Of a stretch of DNA of 64,000 nt, positions 40,574 to 51,155 are shown one piece after another. Source of the stretch: Alphaproteobacteria bacterium (GTDB lineage Bacteria > Pseudomonadota > Alphaproteobacteria > Rs-D84); the NCBI GenBank assembly GCA_017528045.1, contig JAFXPG010000005.1, positions 1,370-65,369 on the forward strand, in the 5' to 3' direction. Each line of letters opens with the position of its first letter. Positions within the stretch are counted from its first letter, which is position 1. The position numbers were made by a program, and so were the translations under genes. Under the pieces are notes generated by a model, which saw only the letters and a program-made list of their open reading frames with translations, was not told where the DNA came from and ran no database searches.

Positions 40574-40621
40574 TTTCTGTTAAAAAAAAATAAAAACACC
40601 GTCAAACGACGGTGTTTTTTA

Positions 40622-42172
40622 TTATTGAATCAAACCAGACAAGGAACTTACATCAAACCCAGCCGCTGCATCTGAAGCACCACCGCCACCTTTTACTTTA
40701 TTCATTAATCCAGTGGCTACACTAGACAACGTTCCATTCATATCGTCTGTTTCTTCATTGCTGGTAGTTTTATTATCTTTTTCTACGGCTTCTTCAAGAC
40801 GTTTTTGTATTGTTTTTATAGCTGTTTCTATTGCTGTTTTTGCTCTTGCTTTTTGTGTTGATGTTGGATCTTCATCCATTGTTACACCAATCATTTGACC
40901 TGTGACTTTGCCACCAAAATGATCTATTAAGTTATCCAAAAATTTATCAACATCTTCTGCATCAAAATCTGCAAATAATTCTGTTGCATCTTTACCTTTT
41001 ACTTTTTCATTTTTTGCTAGATCTTTACATTTTACATTCTTTACAGATATTATACTTGGCATGAAAGTATCTATTGTTAATTTATCTGTGTTATTGACAC
41101 CGGCCGTTTTTAAACATTTTTGCAAATCTTTTAAAGCATCTTCTTCTATCTTAGCAGCAGCTTTAACAGCATCGCCTTCTTTTTTATCTTTCTTAAGATT
41201 TTTTAAAGCTTCACCCAATTTACCGTTAATCAAACTGTTACCCAAAATACCAACACCGGCACCAACACCTACCGCTATGGCACCACCTTTGACTCGTTTA
41301 GAAGAAGCCGATTTTTCTGCATCTAATTTAGCTTGGTCTTCTTCGCTGTTTAATGCGTTCGCTCTGTATAATGATGCATAATTTCCACTTGTTATACCCA
41401 CATTTTCATCATCATACAGCCCCATATCTGCTTTATCTAATATCTCTTCGCTTTCTATACCTGGTTTCATTCCTAATGCTTCTTTGCGTTCTTTCAAATC
41501 TTTTGCTAATGCAATATATTCACTTTTTAAAGATTGCAATTTTTCATCATTACCACCCGGTAATTCTATTGGATCGGGGCCACCTTTGAATGATTTACCG
41601 TCTGTATATTTACAACGGAATGTGGACAGGTATGCTTTCATATCTGCTTCGGCATCTTTATCTGCTTTTTGTTCAGATAATCCCATTGCTAATTCCATAC
41701 CACCAATTCCCATAGCCGCAGTAGTTGCAGCAGTCAAAGTTCTGTTTGCCAATGATTGTTCGTTTTCTTTTGCTGCTTTGTATTTATCTTCTGCTTCTTT
41801 TATTTTCTTTTCTTGGGCTGCTTTTTCTGCTGCTAGTTGTTCTGGTGTTTTTTGTTCTGATTTTGTTTTATCATCACCTTTTTTATCAGCAGCAGTATCT
41901 GTTTTGCAAGTTTTAGCGTCTTTTGCAAGATCTTTAATTTTTTGTTCTTGTTCTTGTCTTGTTTCAGCAGAAATATCTTTGTATTTATCTGCTTGTGATA
42001 TTTCATTAAAACCAGTTTTTAATCCAATGACGGCAGAATCAATACTGTCAGCATGTGTTATTTGTTCTTCTATGACATTATCTATATTGAATTGATTTTC
42101 TGCATCATCAGCAAACACAGCCAAAGGCATACATAATAACAAGGCCAATAAAAATTTACGGTTCATAATCAC
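40622..42172 (-). CDS. secreted hypothetical protein with glycine-zipper segments
   Basis: Signal peptide; TAATTAAMGIGG and GGAIAVGVGAGVGILG segments. Confidence 0.8.
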   Translation of the reverse strand: MIMNRKFLLALLLCMPLAVFADDAENQFNIDNVIEEQITHADSIDSAVIGLKTGFNEISQADKYKDISAETRQEQEQKIKDLAKDAKTCKTDTAADKKGDDKTKSEQKTPEQLAAEKAAQEKKIKEAEDKYKAAKENEQSLANRTLTAATTAAMGIGGMELAMGLSEQKADKDAEADMKAYLSTFRCKYTDGKSFKGGPDPIELPGGNDEKLQSLKSEYIALAKDLKERKEALGMKPGIESEEILDKADMGLYDDENVGITSGNYASLYRANALNSEEDQAKLDAEKSASSKRVKGGAIAVGVGAGVGILGNSLINGKLGEALKNLKKDKKEGDAVKAAAKIEEDALKDLQKCLKTAGVNNTDKLTIDTFMPSIISVKNVKCKDLAKNEKVKGKDATELFADFDAEDVDKFLDNLIDHFGGKVTGQMIGVTMDEDPTSTQKARAKTAIETAIKTIQKRLEEAVEKDNKTTSNEETDDMNGTLSSVATGLMNKVKGGGGASDAAAGFDVSSLSGLIQ

Positions 42173-43926
42173 TACGATTGTCCTTCGTTATCTGATGTGC
42201 TGCATTCAGGTTTATATTTTTCAGCAACTGTATTAAATGCAGATATCAATTTATTAACATCGGCAATAAAATCTTTTTCTGCGGCCATTTGCAATTTTTG
42301 TTGTTCACGTTCTATTTTATTTTTTGATAAACATTTACCTTCTACAACTTCATATTTATCTGGATTTTTACATTCAGCAGATTCACATTGTTTAGTTTCA
42401 GAATTAAATTTTCCTTTGGATGCACGTTTATCTTTCGGGGTGCATTCAGAACCTGGTACAGTATCGCAAGTTTTTGTTTCTTCATTATATTTTGTGTTTG
42501 CCGGACAATTTTCATCACTGTCGATAATACATTTTTTTAATTCTTTATCAAAGAAATAACCATCAACAGTTTTTGGACAAATACAAGTGGAAGTTTCTCC
42601 ACGAATTACCCATTTACCTTTTTCTTTTTTTTCGCAAGCTTCTTTTAATGATTTTTCATCATCATTCAATTCATTATCATTTATAACACAAGATTTATTA
42701 TCTTTGCTTTTTGTATATTTAGGTAAACAATTGTATATAATACATGTTATTTTCTTTTTACCATTGATAGATTTTTCGTCTGTTGTTGTACTGGAAATAT
42801 TATCTGTTTTTATGCTATCACATTTTTGTTCCCATTCGCTGATGGCAGTATTAATTTTATCGTTAACACTAAGTAAGTTTTCTGGAATAGAAATAGAAGC
42901 ACCGATTTTCATATTTTGTTTACTAGTGTTTATTTCATCAATAATTTTCTTAGAACCATCATCCTTGACAGAGTATTTTTTTCCATCTGAACTAAGGCAT
43001 TCTGTTTCTCCTTTTGGCATTTTTTTGCCATTACATAAACATCCTTTTTTTTCATCCCATGTTCCGTTTCTGCCACCACACCTGTCTTTTTCGTTTTCGC
43101 GTTCTTGTTCTTTTTGGCGTTGTTTTTCTTCTTCTGTCGGCTCACAAGATTTACGGTTGTTTGAAACTTGTAAATCATCACGACCACAGGATCTTATATA
43201 ACATGTTATTTTAGACTTTCCTTTACCAGCAGGTACTGCTTCTGGATCTGACACCGCATTTGAGAATGTTTTTTTTACAACACTTGCACAAGCATTTTTC
43301 CATTGATCAATAAGTGGTTTTAATTCATTATAATCTGAATCATTATATGTTATGCTGTCACCAACACTGATATTGTCTTTACTGCTGATAATTTCTGCTT
43401 TTGTTTCTTTTAAATTATCTTCTTGTTTTTGTTGCTGTTTTTCTTCTTTCTTTTGTTCTTTTGCTGCACGATCCAATTGTCTTTCATATTCTTTTGTCAT
43501 TTCACACATTGAACCATCTTTTGATACTTTATACTTTGAAGGATCTTTGCAATCTGCTATTACACAAGAAAAAATAGTATTAGAACCTTTTTCTATTTCT
43601 CTTGTTGTATAAGATTTTGCTGCACTTGAAGATACTAGTACAGCTGACTTACATTGTTCTTTCCAATATTTAACAGCGTCACTTATTGCAACGTGATTTC
43701 GTATTTTATTTGTGTCAACAGAAAGAGGGTGTAAAACAAATATTGCTGCATCATCATGTGTGCCCCATATAAAACGATTTGCTTCCTTTTTTATACGTTC
43801 TGCTTCTTCTAATATTTCTGGGGAATCTGGTTGTAATAAATTGTTTGCCATACCAGCAAATACATCAAAAGGCATTGATGTCAATGCCAGGAATATTGTT
43901 GATAAAAATAAAAACTTTTTTTGCAT
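42172..43926 (-). CDS. secreted Cys-rich repeat protein
   Basis: Three W...C...C.I..C....VS.D..SC repeats plus EGF-like C.C modules. Confidence 0.8.
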   Translation of the reverse strand: MQKKFLFLSTIFLALTSMPFDVFAGMANNLLQPDSPEILEEAERIKKEANRFIWGTHDDAAIFVLHPLSVDTNKIRNHVAISDAVKYWKEQCKSAVLVSSSAAKSYTTREIEKGSNTIFSCVIADCKDPSKYKVSKDGSMCEMTKEYERQLDRAAKEQKKEEKQQQKQEDNLKETKAEIISSKDNISVGDSITYNDSDYNELKPLIDQWKNACASVVKKTFSNAVSDPEAVPAGKGKSKITCYIRSCGRDDLQVSNNRKSCEPTEEEKQRQKEQERENEKDRCGGRNGTWDEKKGCLCNGKKMPKGETECLSSDGKKYSVKDDGSKKIIDEINTSKQNMKIGASISIPENLLSVNDKINTAISEWEQKCDSIKTDNISSTTTDEKSINGKKKITCIIYNCLPKYTKSKDNKSCVINDNELNDDEKSLKEACEKKEKGKWVIRGETSTCICPKTVDGYFFDKELKKCIIDSDENCPANTKYNEETKTCDTVPGSECTPKDKRASKGKFNSETKQCESAECKNPDKYEVVEGKCLSKNKIEREQQKLQMAAEKDFIADVNKLISAFNTVAEKYKPECSTSDNEGQS

Positions 43927-44037
43927 ACTCTTGTAATACCAATCGCTCTTTCTTAGAAAGGTAATTTTATATTTGTTGGAGGTGTTAATCCACTTGAACC
44001 AAATCCCGCACCTTGCATCAATTTTTAGTTATGTTTC

Positions 44038-45753
44038 TTAGTTAGTCACAGAAGACACAACTGCACTAGCACCCCCAGTTTCAATGGCTGCTACTCCATC
44101 TACTCCATTTTTAATTAAATTTCCTGCACCATCAAGTAAGTTTCCTGCGGAGTCAACTAAGCCTCCTGCGGAGTCAACAACGTCAGTTGCGACGTGAACT
44201 ACTTCTTGTGCGCCTTTGCCAACTTTTCCAACGTTTTCGCCAAGATTACCAACAGTATTACCCGCTTGATCCACTACTTCAAAAACAGTTCCAGTAGCAT
44301 CTGTTACCATGCCTTCGGTTGTTTGTATAGCTTGTCTGCCTTGTTTCAAGGTTTCATTACCTTCTTTTAATATTTCATTACCTGTATGCAGGTCTTCTTT
44401 TAAATTCTTTCCTGCTGCTTGAATTTGTTCATGGGCTTCTTTTTGAGCTTGTTTCAAATCCTCTTTTCCTTGTCTTACAGCTTTACCAACAGATTCACAT
44501 TCGCCATCAACAACAATACCGCCATCTTTCAGACATTCTTTCTTTAATGCTTTCTTGGCTTTTTGGGTATCTAATGCACGACCAATTGCACCAGATGTTA
44601 CTAAACCGGCCGCTGTTCCAAGACCCGAACCCAACATAGCAGAGCTGGCCGCCGTTTGTGCACGTGTTTCACGATATGCATTTTCTTTATATGTTGTTGC
44701 ATTTATACCAAAGAATTCTTGCATACATACAAATGTATCACCGGCATACATATTACGTGATGCCATTGGGACAATTTGTTCATCACCTGCAAAGAATTGT
44801 ACATTATATACACAATCAAAACTGCGTTCATCAAATGATGCACCCAGATGTTCACATTGTTTACGCATTAAATCACGTAATTCGTACATATGTTCTTCAT
44901 CTTTTTTGACTTCTATTTCTGCAACTTCACGTAATTTACCAATTACTGTTCCAAAACGTGATGCCAACCCAGAATCTTGTTCAACACATTCTTTTGCAAC
45001 AGATGCACAATTTTGAATTGCACGGTCTGCGTTTTGTTTACCCAAACATTTATTAAATGTTGTTCCACATTCAGAAACTATACATTTATTATAAGCATTA
45101 CCGCAATCTATGACATTTGAATAAGATGATAATTTTACATTTAAATCACGATCTGCTTTGATTTCATTTGTAAATAATTTAAATTCTTCACCTGTGCATT
45201 CTAAATCACGTCTACATTTGTTAAATTTATCACCCATAATGGTGTCGCCATCTAATGCACATTTTGTGAAATCTTTACCACATTCAGCCTGCATACATTT
45301 ACGCAAGCCTGTATCACATGGGTTTTTACCAGTAGCCGCCGCAACATTTTGTCTGGCTTGATAAGCAGATGTGTTTTCTTTGGCTTGTAATGCTGCATTT
45401 TGTTGACGTATTTGGTCTGCCAAATTATCAAAACCACCATCAAAAGACGAATCGGATGAAGATGATAACATACTGCCAAATTTATCTGATTTATCTGCTA
45501 TTTCTGGTTCTTCATATGTTGTTGATGGTGCCGATGATGTTGTTGACGTTGTGTTTATTTCTGACGTTGAAGTTGCTGTTTCAGAAACCGTTGGTATTGA
45601 TGATGTAACAGTCTTTCTGGCTGCTGCAACAGGTGTTCCACGTGAAATAGATGCACGTGCCGCGTTTGCATCATTTGACATTAATAACACAGAAGCAATC
45701 ACCATACATAATGGTGAAAACGCTATAAAAAATTTACTGTTACTTCTTTTCAT
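44038..45753 (-). CDS. secreted Cys-rich protein with glycine zipper
   Basis: Signal peptide, S/T-rich linker, many paired Cys, MLGSGLGTAAG, DSAGNL repeats. Confidence 0.8.
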   Translation of the reverse strand: MKRSNSKFFIAFSPLCMVIASVLLMSNDANAARASISRGTPVAAARKTVTSSIPTVSETATSTSEINTTSTTSSAPSTTYEEPEIADKSDKFGSMLSSSSDSSFDGGFDNLADQIRQQNAALQAKENTSAYQARQNVAAATGKNPCDTGLRKCMQAECGKDFTKCALDGDTIMGDKFNKCRRDLECTGEEFKLFTNEIKADRDLNVKLSSYSNVIDCGNAYNKCIVSECGTTFNKCLGKQNADRAIQNCASVAKECVEQDSGLASRFGTVIGKLREVAEIEVKKDEEHMYELRDLMRKQCEHLGASFDERSFDCVYNVQFFAGDEQIVPMASRNMYAGDTFVCMQEFFGINATTYKENAYRETRAQTAASSAMLGSGLGTAAGLVTSGAIGRALDTQKAKKALKKECLKDGGIVVDGECESVGKAVRQGKEDLKQAQKEAHEQIQAAGKNLKEDLHTGNEILKEGNETLKQGRQAIQTTEGMVTDATGTVFEVVDQAGNTVGNLGENVGKVGKGAQEVVHVATDVVDSAGGLVDSAGNLLDGAGNLIKNGVDGVAAIETGGASAVVSSVTN

Positions 45754-45768
45754 TTTTTATTCATTCTT

Positions 45769-46638
45769 TTATTGTAAACGACTGCATGCTATGTCATGGA
45801 ATTTACATAATTCACCAGCAACAACTTGTTCGTATTCATACCCAACTTCACATTTATTGCGCATGTTATTACGGCATACAGAATTTATACAATTTTCTTT
45901 TGCTGAATTATCACGACAAGATTCTATTGTTGATTCTAATGTTTGTTGACGTGCATTTTGATAAGCCAATACAATCTTTTGTAATATTTCATCAGCACTC
46001 TTTACCGCTTTATCACGTGCAGCAATCAAAGTTGAACGTATTTCAGATAAATATTCATCGCATCCAACATGAATAATTCCACAATCAGAAAATTGTTTAT
46101 CAAAATCTTCATCCGATTCGCAATTTCTGTAACCTGTAAGACAATGTTTTTCATTTATAATACATGCACTGATTTCTGTTGAACATGTGCTTTTTGTTTT
46201 TGCAGTGTTAACGTCTTTTGCCAATCTTGAAAAATCTGCAGCAATCCCAGCCGCTTTACAAGATTGTTCAATCAAAGAATCATAGTTATCTTCAACATCT
46301 TCAGATGTACAATCGGGCATTTTTTCCAGACATTTTTTTATTGTCCAAACATATCTTTCGCCAGGATCTTCCGGTGCTTTCTTTAATTCTTTGTCAGATA
46401 TAGAATATTTTGCAGCGGACCCAGCAGATACACTTTTCATTGCCATTGATTTTTCTGGTTCACCAGCACTGCTTGAACCACAATACTGACAACGTGCAGC
46501 AGGGTTAGCACCAATATTTATAGCACACGAAGAATCTAAACATCTGATTAAATTGGCGGTTGAACATCCAGCACCGTACACAAAACCAGGTACAAATGCC
46601 AATAATGGTATAACAAAAAATAATATTTTACGTTTCAT
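45769..46638 (-). CDS. secreted Cys-rich hypothetical protein
   Basis: Signal peptide; about 20 Cys. Confidence 0.8.
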   Translation of the reverse strand: MKRKILFFVIPLLAFVPGFVYGAGCSTANLIRCLDSSCAINIGANPAARCQYCGSSSAGEPEKSMAMKSVSAGSAAKYSISDKELKKAPEDPGERYVWTIKKCLEKMPDCTSEDVEDNYDSLIEQSCKAAGIAADFSRLAKDVNTAKTKSTCSTEISACIINEKHCLTGYRNCESDEDFDKQFSDCGIIHVGCDEYLSEIRSTLIAARDKAVKSADEILQKIVLAYQNARQQTLESTIESCRDNSAKENCINSVCRNNMRNKCEVGYEYEQVVAGELCKFHDIACSRLQ

Positions 46639-46773
46639 TTTCTCTCTTGAGTTCCATTATAACAAATTTTATAAATCTATGCAAAGAAAAAAACACTTAT
46701 ATATATGAAGTAAAAAGTCTGGACATAACATTAATTTTTGTATTATAGTTTATCAAAAAGAGAGAATGCTTTT

Positions 46774-49700
46774 ATGAAATTTATAAGAATTTTTGCAGTT
46801 TTATGCTGTTTCTGCCCAGTTGTTTCTTTTGGGGCAGGTTCTGGTGATTTTCAAAATGCATCTCAATTATTAATGGCTGCACGTCGTGGAGATGTTCAAA
46901 CTGTTCAATTTTTAATTAATTCAGGTGCAGATATAAACTATACAGATTCTACCGGTTTGTCTTTGGTATGTACTGCAATGATGAATAATGATAAACGTGC
47001 AATTCAAATATTACAAATGTATGGGGCCGATGCTTCAAAATGCGATAAACAAATAAAACAATACAGACAAAAATCAAAAGTTGCAGCAAAAGGTGAAGAA
47101 TATAATTTCTTTAGTGGTTTATCTTCTTCTCATATAATTGCTTTGTCTGCTGTTGCTGTGGCTGGTGTTATTGGTGGGGTTGCTTTATTAACCGATGGAT
47201 TTAAAGCGAAAAACAGTAATTCACACAGTTCTTCTGGTGGATCACATTCTGGTGGTGGTGGCGAAAGTGGTGGTGGCGACAGTGTCACAAAAGAATTTAC
47301 AGTTCCTTATGGACCGGCATATTTGACAACGGATGGAACAATAGATACGAATTTTGATTTGTCTCAGAATTTGAATACTTGGGGTTCTGATTCTGCGTCT
47401 GATTTAAGAAAGGCAGATTTTAATTATTTAAGAAACACTGTTGTTTTAGAAAATACAAAAATTTCTCCAGCAACAGCTGAAGGGTTAAACCCAATGTTGC
47501 AAAATTATTTACTGGTTATGCGTGGATATTATCCTTTGGCCAGTGGTTATATGGGACAAAGTATTTTCAGAAATTCAAATAAAGAACCAGAATTACCAAA
47601 ATCAAAAGATAAAGATGGAAATCCTTTAAATGGGATGCCTGTGCGTGTAGCTTTAATTACAGGAAACAGTATAAATCCTGCTGGGTCTGCTGATTCTGCA
47701 CAAGGAATTATGTATGCTGTAAATAATACAGAAACTTCTGCTACACCAATTGTTGATAAATATATAAATAATGATTTAAAATTCACAGATTCAACATTAA
47801 CAGAATATACCGAAACAGAAAATTCTGGATACGATTTTTCTGGTTCTGGTTCTGCATTTAATCCTTTTGCTGATGTTAATGATTCTGCGCTGGCAAAAAT
47901 AGTTGCTGGTTGGGAAGGTAATGACAGAACTTATGCTGACTTATATGGTTTTGTTCCAAATGCTCAATTAGCAATTTACAGAACTGGTAACGGTAAATCA
48001 TGGAAAACAATAGATTCTTGGGATACTAAAGACGGAGTAGGTGTCTTTACTGATAATAACGGTGATGGGGTTTTATCTTTCATAGAAAACAAGACAAAAG
48101 ATAAAATCTCTATAAATGGTAAAGAATATGAAATAGTATCTGCATTAAGTAATACAACAATAACAAATCCGACTTTGACTTTACAAAACAGTGCCTCACA
48201 AGATGTTGTATACAGATTGTCTTCCAATTCAAAAGTATTCATTGGTAAATGTGTAGATACTACAAATTGTAGAGATATTGCTTTGTATGTTGGAACAGAT
48301 GGTGCGTGGTATGTTAATTCATTGGGTGGTGACGATATAGATTCTGTTTATATGTTATCAGAAAAAAATCCAGATACAGGAAATAATATATATAGTTATA
48401 AGAGCCTACCAAGTTCTTCAGACTCAATTATATATAATAATTTTGATGCTATAGTTGCTGCTGTTGGTAACTCTTCTACTCCAGATGTCATTGCAAATAC
48501 AAATGTTATACCAACATCAAGAAATGGTGATTATATTAATGTAAAAACTTTCACAAAAGCTGCAGCCATTTCAGGAGCAAAAATTTTAACAGATTTTTAT
48601 TCTGCTTCTATCAATAATTATTATGGGGGTAATCAAGGCAGCACAACGAATAATTTATTTAATAATTATAATATAAAAAAACCAATGTTGATTATGCCTG
48701 CAGGAGATTATATTTTTGTTGATAAAACAGGCAGTATCGTTAATTATGATACATTAGATGCTACTTTTGAAAATTATGCACCTATGCTTTATGGAAATAA
48801 TTTAAAGCATAATTTTATGACAGTGGTTGCGGTTAATTATTCAAGTGGAACAAGTGATGTTACTTCTGCTTCTGGGGTTATATCTGGTAAAGTAGGTTTG
48901 TCTGAATGGTTAAATACAGATAATAATAGATATGTATCTCGTAAGTGTGGTATAGCCGGTGTTGGAAATGTTGCGTCTGGAATAGATCCATGGTGTTTTG
49001 CTGCATCTGGTCCAACTGCCGAAATGGCTACTGCATCAGCAGCTGGTGCTGTTGCTGCTGTAAAATCTGCCTTTGATTATATGTCGAATGATCAGATATT
49101 TACTCTATTAGCTTTGACTGCAGACGGTCCATGGTTGCATGCTGATACAAGTGGAACAGTGTTTTCAACAGATTCTTTGGTGTCTTATTTACAGTCTATG
49201 TATAATTTGCCTTTGGAATATGATATTTCAAATGTCAGCAGTTCAGAATATTTGGATATGTTCAAAGATGTATATGGATATGGTTTAATTAATTTGGAAC
49301 GTGCTATTAAACCTGGATATTCTGTATATTATTATAATGGAAATACTGGAAGTATTGTTTCAACAACAGGTGATGCAAATAAAGTTTGGGGGGATATCAG
49401 TTCTTCATCATCATCTTCTTCTGGGCGTTCATCGCGTGCTTTGTCTTTATCTGGTCGCAATTCTATAACAATTTCTTACTATGATATTATTGAAAGTGCA
49501 GATGGTAATTTATCTTTACCTCGTGTTTGGACAAATACCATTTCTTTAAAAGATAATACTTCAAAACATGGATTGTATATGGGGGATGTATTGGGTGAGT
49601 TTGAAATAGATTCAACAAATAAGCATACAAACCAAATTGGAAATTTAAGATTTGATATGTCCATGTCAGATCGTGCATATAATGATAATTTAAATGGTTT

Positions 49701-50574
49701 AGATAATTTAAGTATAACATTTACAAATGATAAATTTGATTTTAATGCAAATTATCAACATTATTTAACTGATGGTCAATCCAGATTTAATGGTCGTGCA
49801 AATAGTTTGTTATCTTTGGCTTCTAATACTGTTTCTTCTGGTGCTGTATATAAGTTCGGTAATTTTGGTTTTGGTTCACGTGCTTTCTTTGGAAATATTA
49901 CAGATGAATCTTTATTGGAATCGGACCCTGCCATTTCCAGTCAATTTGAACCTGGACGTTTAGGGTTTGTAAATGGTGTATCTTTTGATACCAGATATAA
50001 TAATGATAAAATTGGTTTAGATTTATCTTTTGGAACAATGCATGAAAACAATACTGTATTGGGGGCAATTTCTTCTGGTTTATTATCTTTGAATGGTGCA
50101 GATACTCAATATATGGATGCGGTTGCGGTATATAACCCAACAGAAAATGTAAAATTGTCTTTGCGTGGAACTTTTGCAAATACCAAAGCAAATGTTGATG
50201 GCGGAATAATTTCTGAATTTTCAAGTATTAAATCAAATGCTTTTGCTTTTGGGGTTGATGTTGGTGGATTCAGTTTTACTGCCGCTATGCCTTTGGCAAC
50301 AGTAAGTGGGCGTATGGGATATGGTTATGCAGATTTCAATGTTGTTGAAAATAATGGAAAATATTCTGTTGTTATGGGAAATGCACATACAGAATACATA
50401 GATTTATCACAAAATAAACGTGAATTAAGATTCACAACGAATTATAAAAAATCTGTTGGTAAATTTACTGATGCTGGCTTAGGTTTCATATATAGAATTA
50501 ATCCAAATAATACAGATACTTTTGGAAATGAGTCTGTATTTATGTTTAAAATCCATCACAGAATGGGAATATAA
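46774..50574 (+). CDS. large exported protein: ankyrin repeats + degenerate subtilase + beta-barrel
   Basis: AARRGD.QTV.FLI.SGADIN ankyrin; S8-like remnants; YGYGLINL; alternating beta strands at the C-terminus. Confidence 0.75.
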   Translation: MKFIRIFAVLCCFCPVVSFGAGSGDFQNASQLLMAARRGDVQTVQFLINSGADINYTDSTGLSLVCTAMMNNDKRAIQILQMYGADASKCDKQIKQYRQKSKVAAKGEEYNFFSGLSSSHIIALSAVAVAGVIGGVALLTDGFKAKNSNSHSSSGGSHSGGGGESGGGDSVTKEFTVPYGPAYLTTDGTIDTNFDLSQNLNTWGSDSASDLRKADFNYLRNTVVLENTKISPATAEGLNPMLQNYLLVMRGYYPLASGYMGQSIFRNSNKEPELPKSKDKDGNPLNGMPVRVALITGNSINPAGSADSAQGIMYAVNNTETSATPIVDKYINNDLKFTDSTLTEYTETENSGYDFSGSGSAFNPFADVNDSALAKIVAGWEGNDRTYADLYGFVPNAQLAIYRTGNGKSWKTIDSWDTKDGVGVFTDNNGDGVLSFIENKTKDKISINGKEYEIVSALSNTTITNPTLTLQNSASQDVVYRLSSNSKVFIGKCVDTTNCRDIALYVGTDGAWYVNSLGGDDIDSVYMLSEKNPDTGNNIYSYKSLPSSSDSIIYNNFDAIVAAVGNSSTPDVIANTNVIPTSRNGDYINVKTFTKAAAISGAKILTDFYSASINNYYGGNQGSTTNNLFNNYNIKKPMLIMPAGDYIFVDKTGSIVNYDTLDATFENYAPMLYGNNLKHNFMTVVAVNYSSGTSDVTSASGVISGKVGLSEWLNTDNNRYVSRKCGIAGVGNVASGIDPWCFAASGPTAEMATASAAGAVAAVKSAFDYMSNDQIFTLLALTADGPWLHADTSGTVFSTDSLVSYLQSMYNLPLEYDISNVSSSEYLDMFKDVYGYGLINLERAIKPGYSVYYYNGNTGSIVSTTGDANKVWGDISSSSSSSSGRSSRALSLSGRNSITISYYDIIESADGNLSLPRVWTNTISLKDNTSKHGLYMGDVLGEFEIDSTNKHTNQIGNLRFDMSMSDRAYNDNLNGLDNLSITFTNDKFDFNANYQHYLTDGQSRFNGRANSLLSLASNTVSSGAVYKFGNFGFGSRAFFGNITDESLLESDPAISSQFEPGRLGFVNGVSFDTRYNNDKIGLDLSFGTMHENNTVLGAISSGLLSLNGADTQYMDAVAVYNPTENVKLSLRGTFANTKANVDGGIISEFSSIKSNAFAFGVDVGGFSFTAAMPLATVSGRMGYGYADFNVVENNGKYSVVMGNAHTEYIDLSQNKRELRFTTNYKKSVGKFTDAGLGFIYRINPNNTDTFGNESVFMFKIHHRMGI

Positions 50575-50633
50575 TTAATCTTGACTTGTTTATAATTTAT
50601 TTTAGAATATTTCCCCGCTATTAAGGAAATATA

Positions 50634-51077
50634 ATGGAAATAGTTGAATATTTAAGAAAACATTTAATAAACAGATTACCTAAATTAAATCTGCAAGAAA
50701 TTAAACCCTTATCAGAAGAAGACGTTGCTTTATTGGCATACATAAGTATTATGTGTGAAGCGCAAGTTAGTAAACAGAGTGTATTTACCACCAGTTATGC
50801 TTATTATATTCCAGGATATGATTCTGATTTAGATATTGTAAAGAATTTATTTAGTAAAAGTGGTATAAGATTCCAAGAACATTATACTCATATAACTGGT
50901 ATTAAACAAAAAGCATTAAGGGTAAATTATTCTTTATGTCTTGATAAAGATGGTGTATTCAAGCAAATGTGGAAAATAAGACAGAAATATAAGGATATAT
51001 ATGCCGAAGGTAAACAAAAAGAAAGAATTTTATTGCAACAACGTATTACAAAATTAAGACAAAACCAAAGACATTAA
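50634..51077 (+). CDS. hypothetical protein
   Basis: SD TAAGGA; terminator AAACCGCTG-AAAT-CAGCGGTTT. Confidence 0.7.
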   Translation: MEIVEYLRKHLINRLPKLNLQEIKPLSEEDVALLAYISIMCEAQVSKQSVFTTSYAYYIPGYDSDLDIVKNLFSKSGIRFQEHYTHITGIKQKALRVNYSLCLDKDGVFKQMWKIRQKYKDIYAEGKQKERILLQQRITKLRQNQRH

Positions 51078-51155
51078 AAAACCGCTGAAATCAGCGGTTT
51101 TTATGTGGAATACGTTCTTATGGTATTTAAATTTGTCATGTGTAAAATTATTGGT

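Noticed and set aside
40713-46403. Long plus-strand ORFs (e.g. 41484-42095, 42587-43201, 44555-45016)
   Set aside because: Antisense shadows of the minus-strand operon, with Ser/Phe-biased composition and no RBS.
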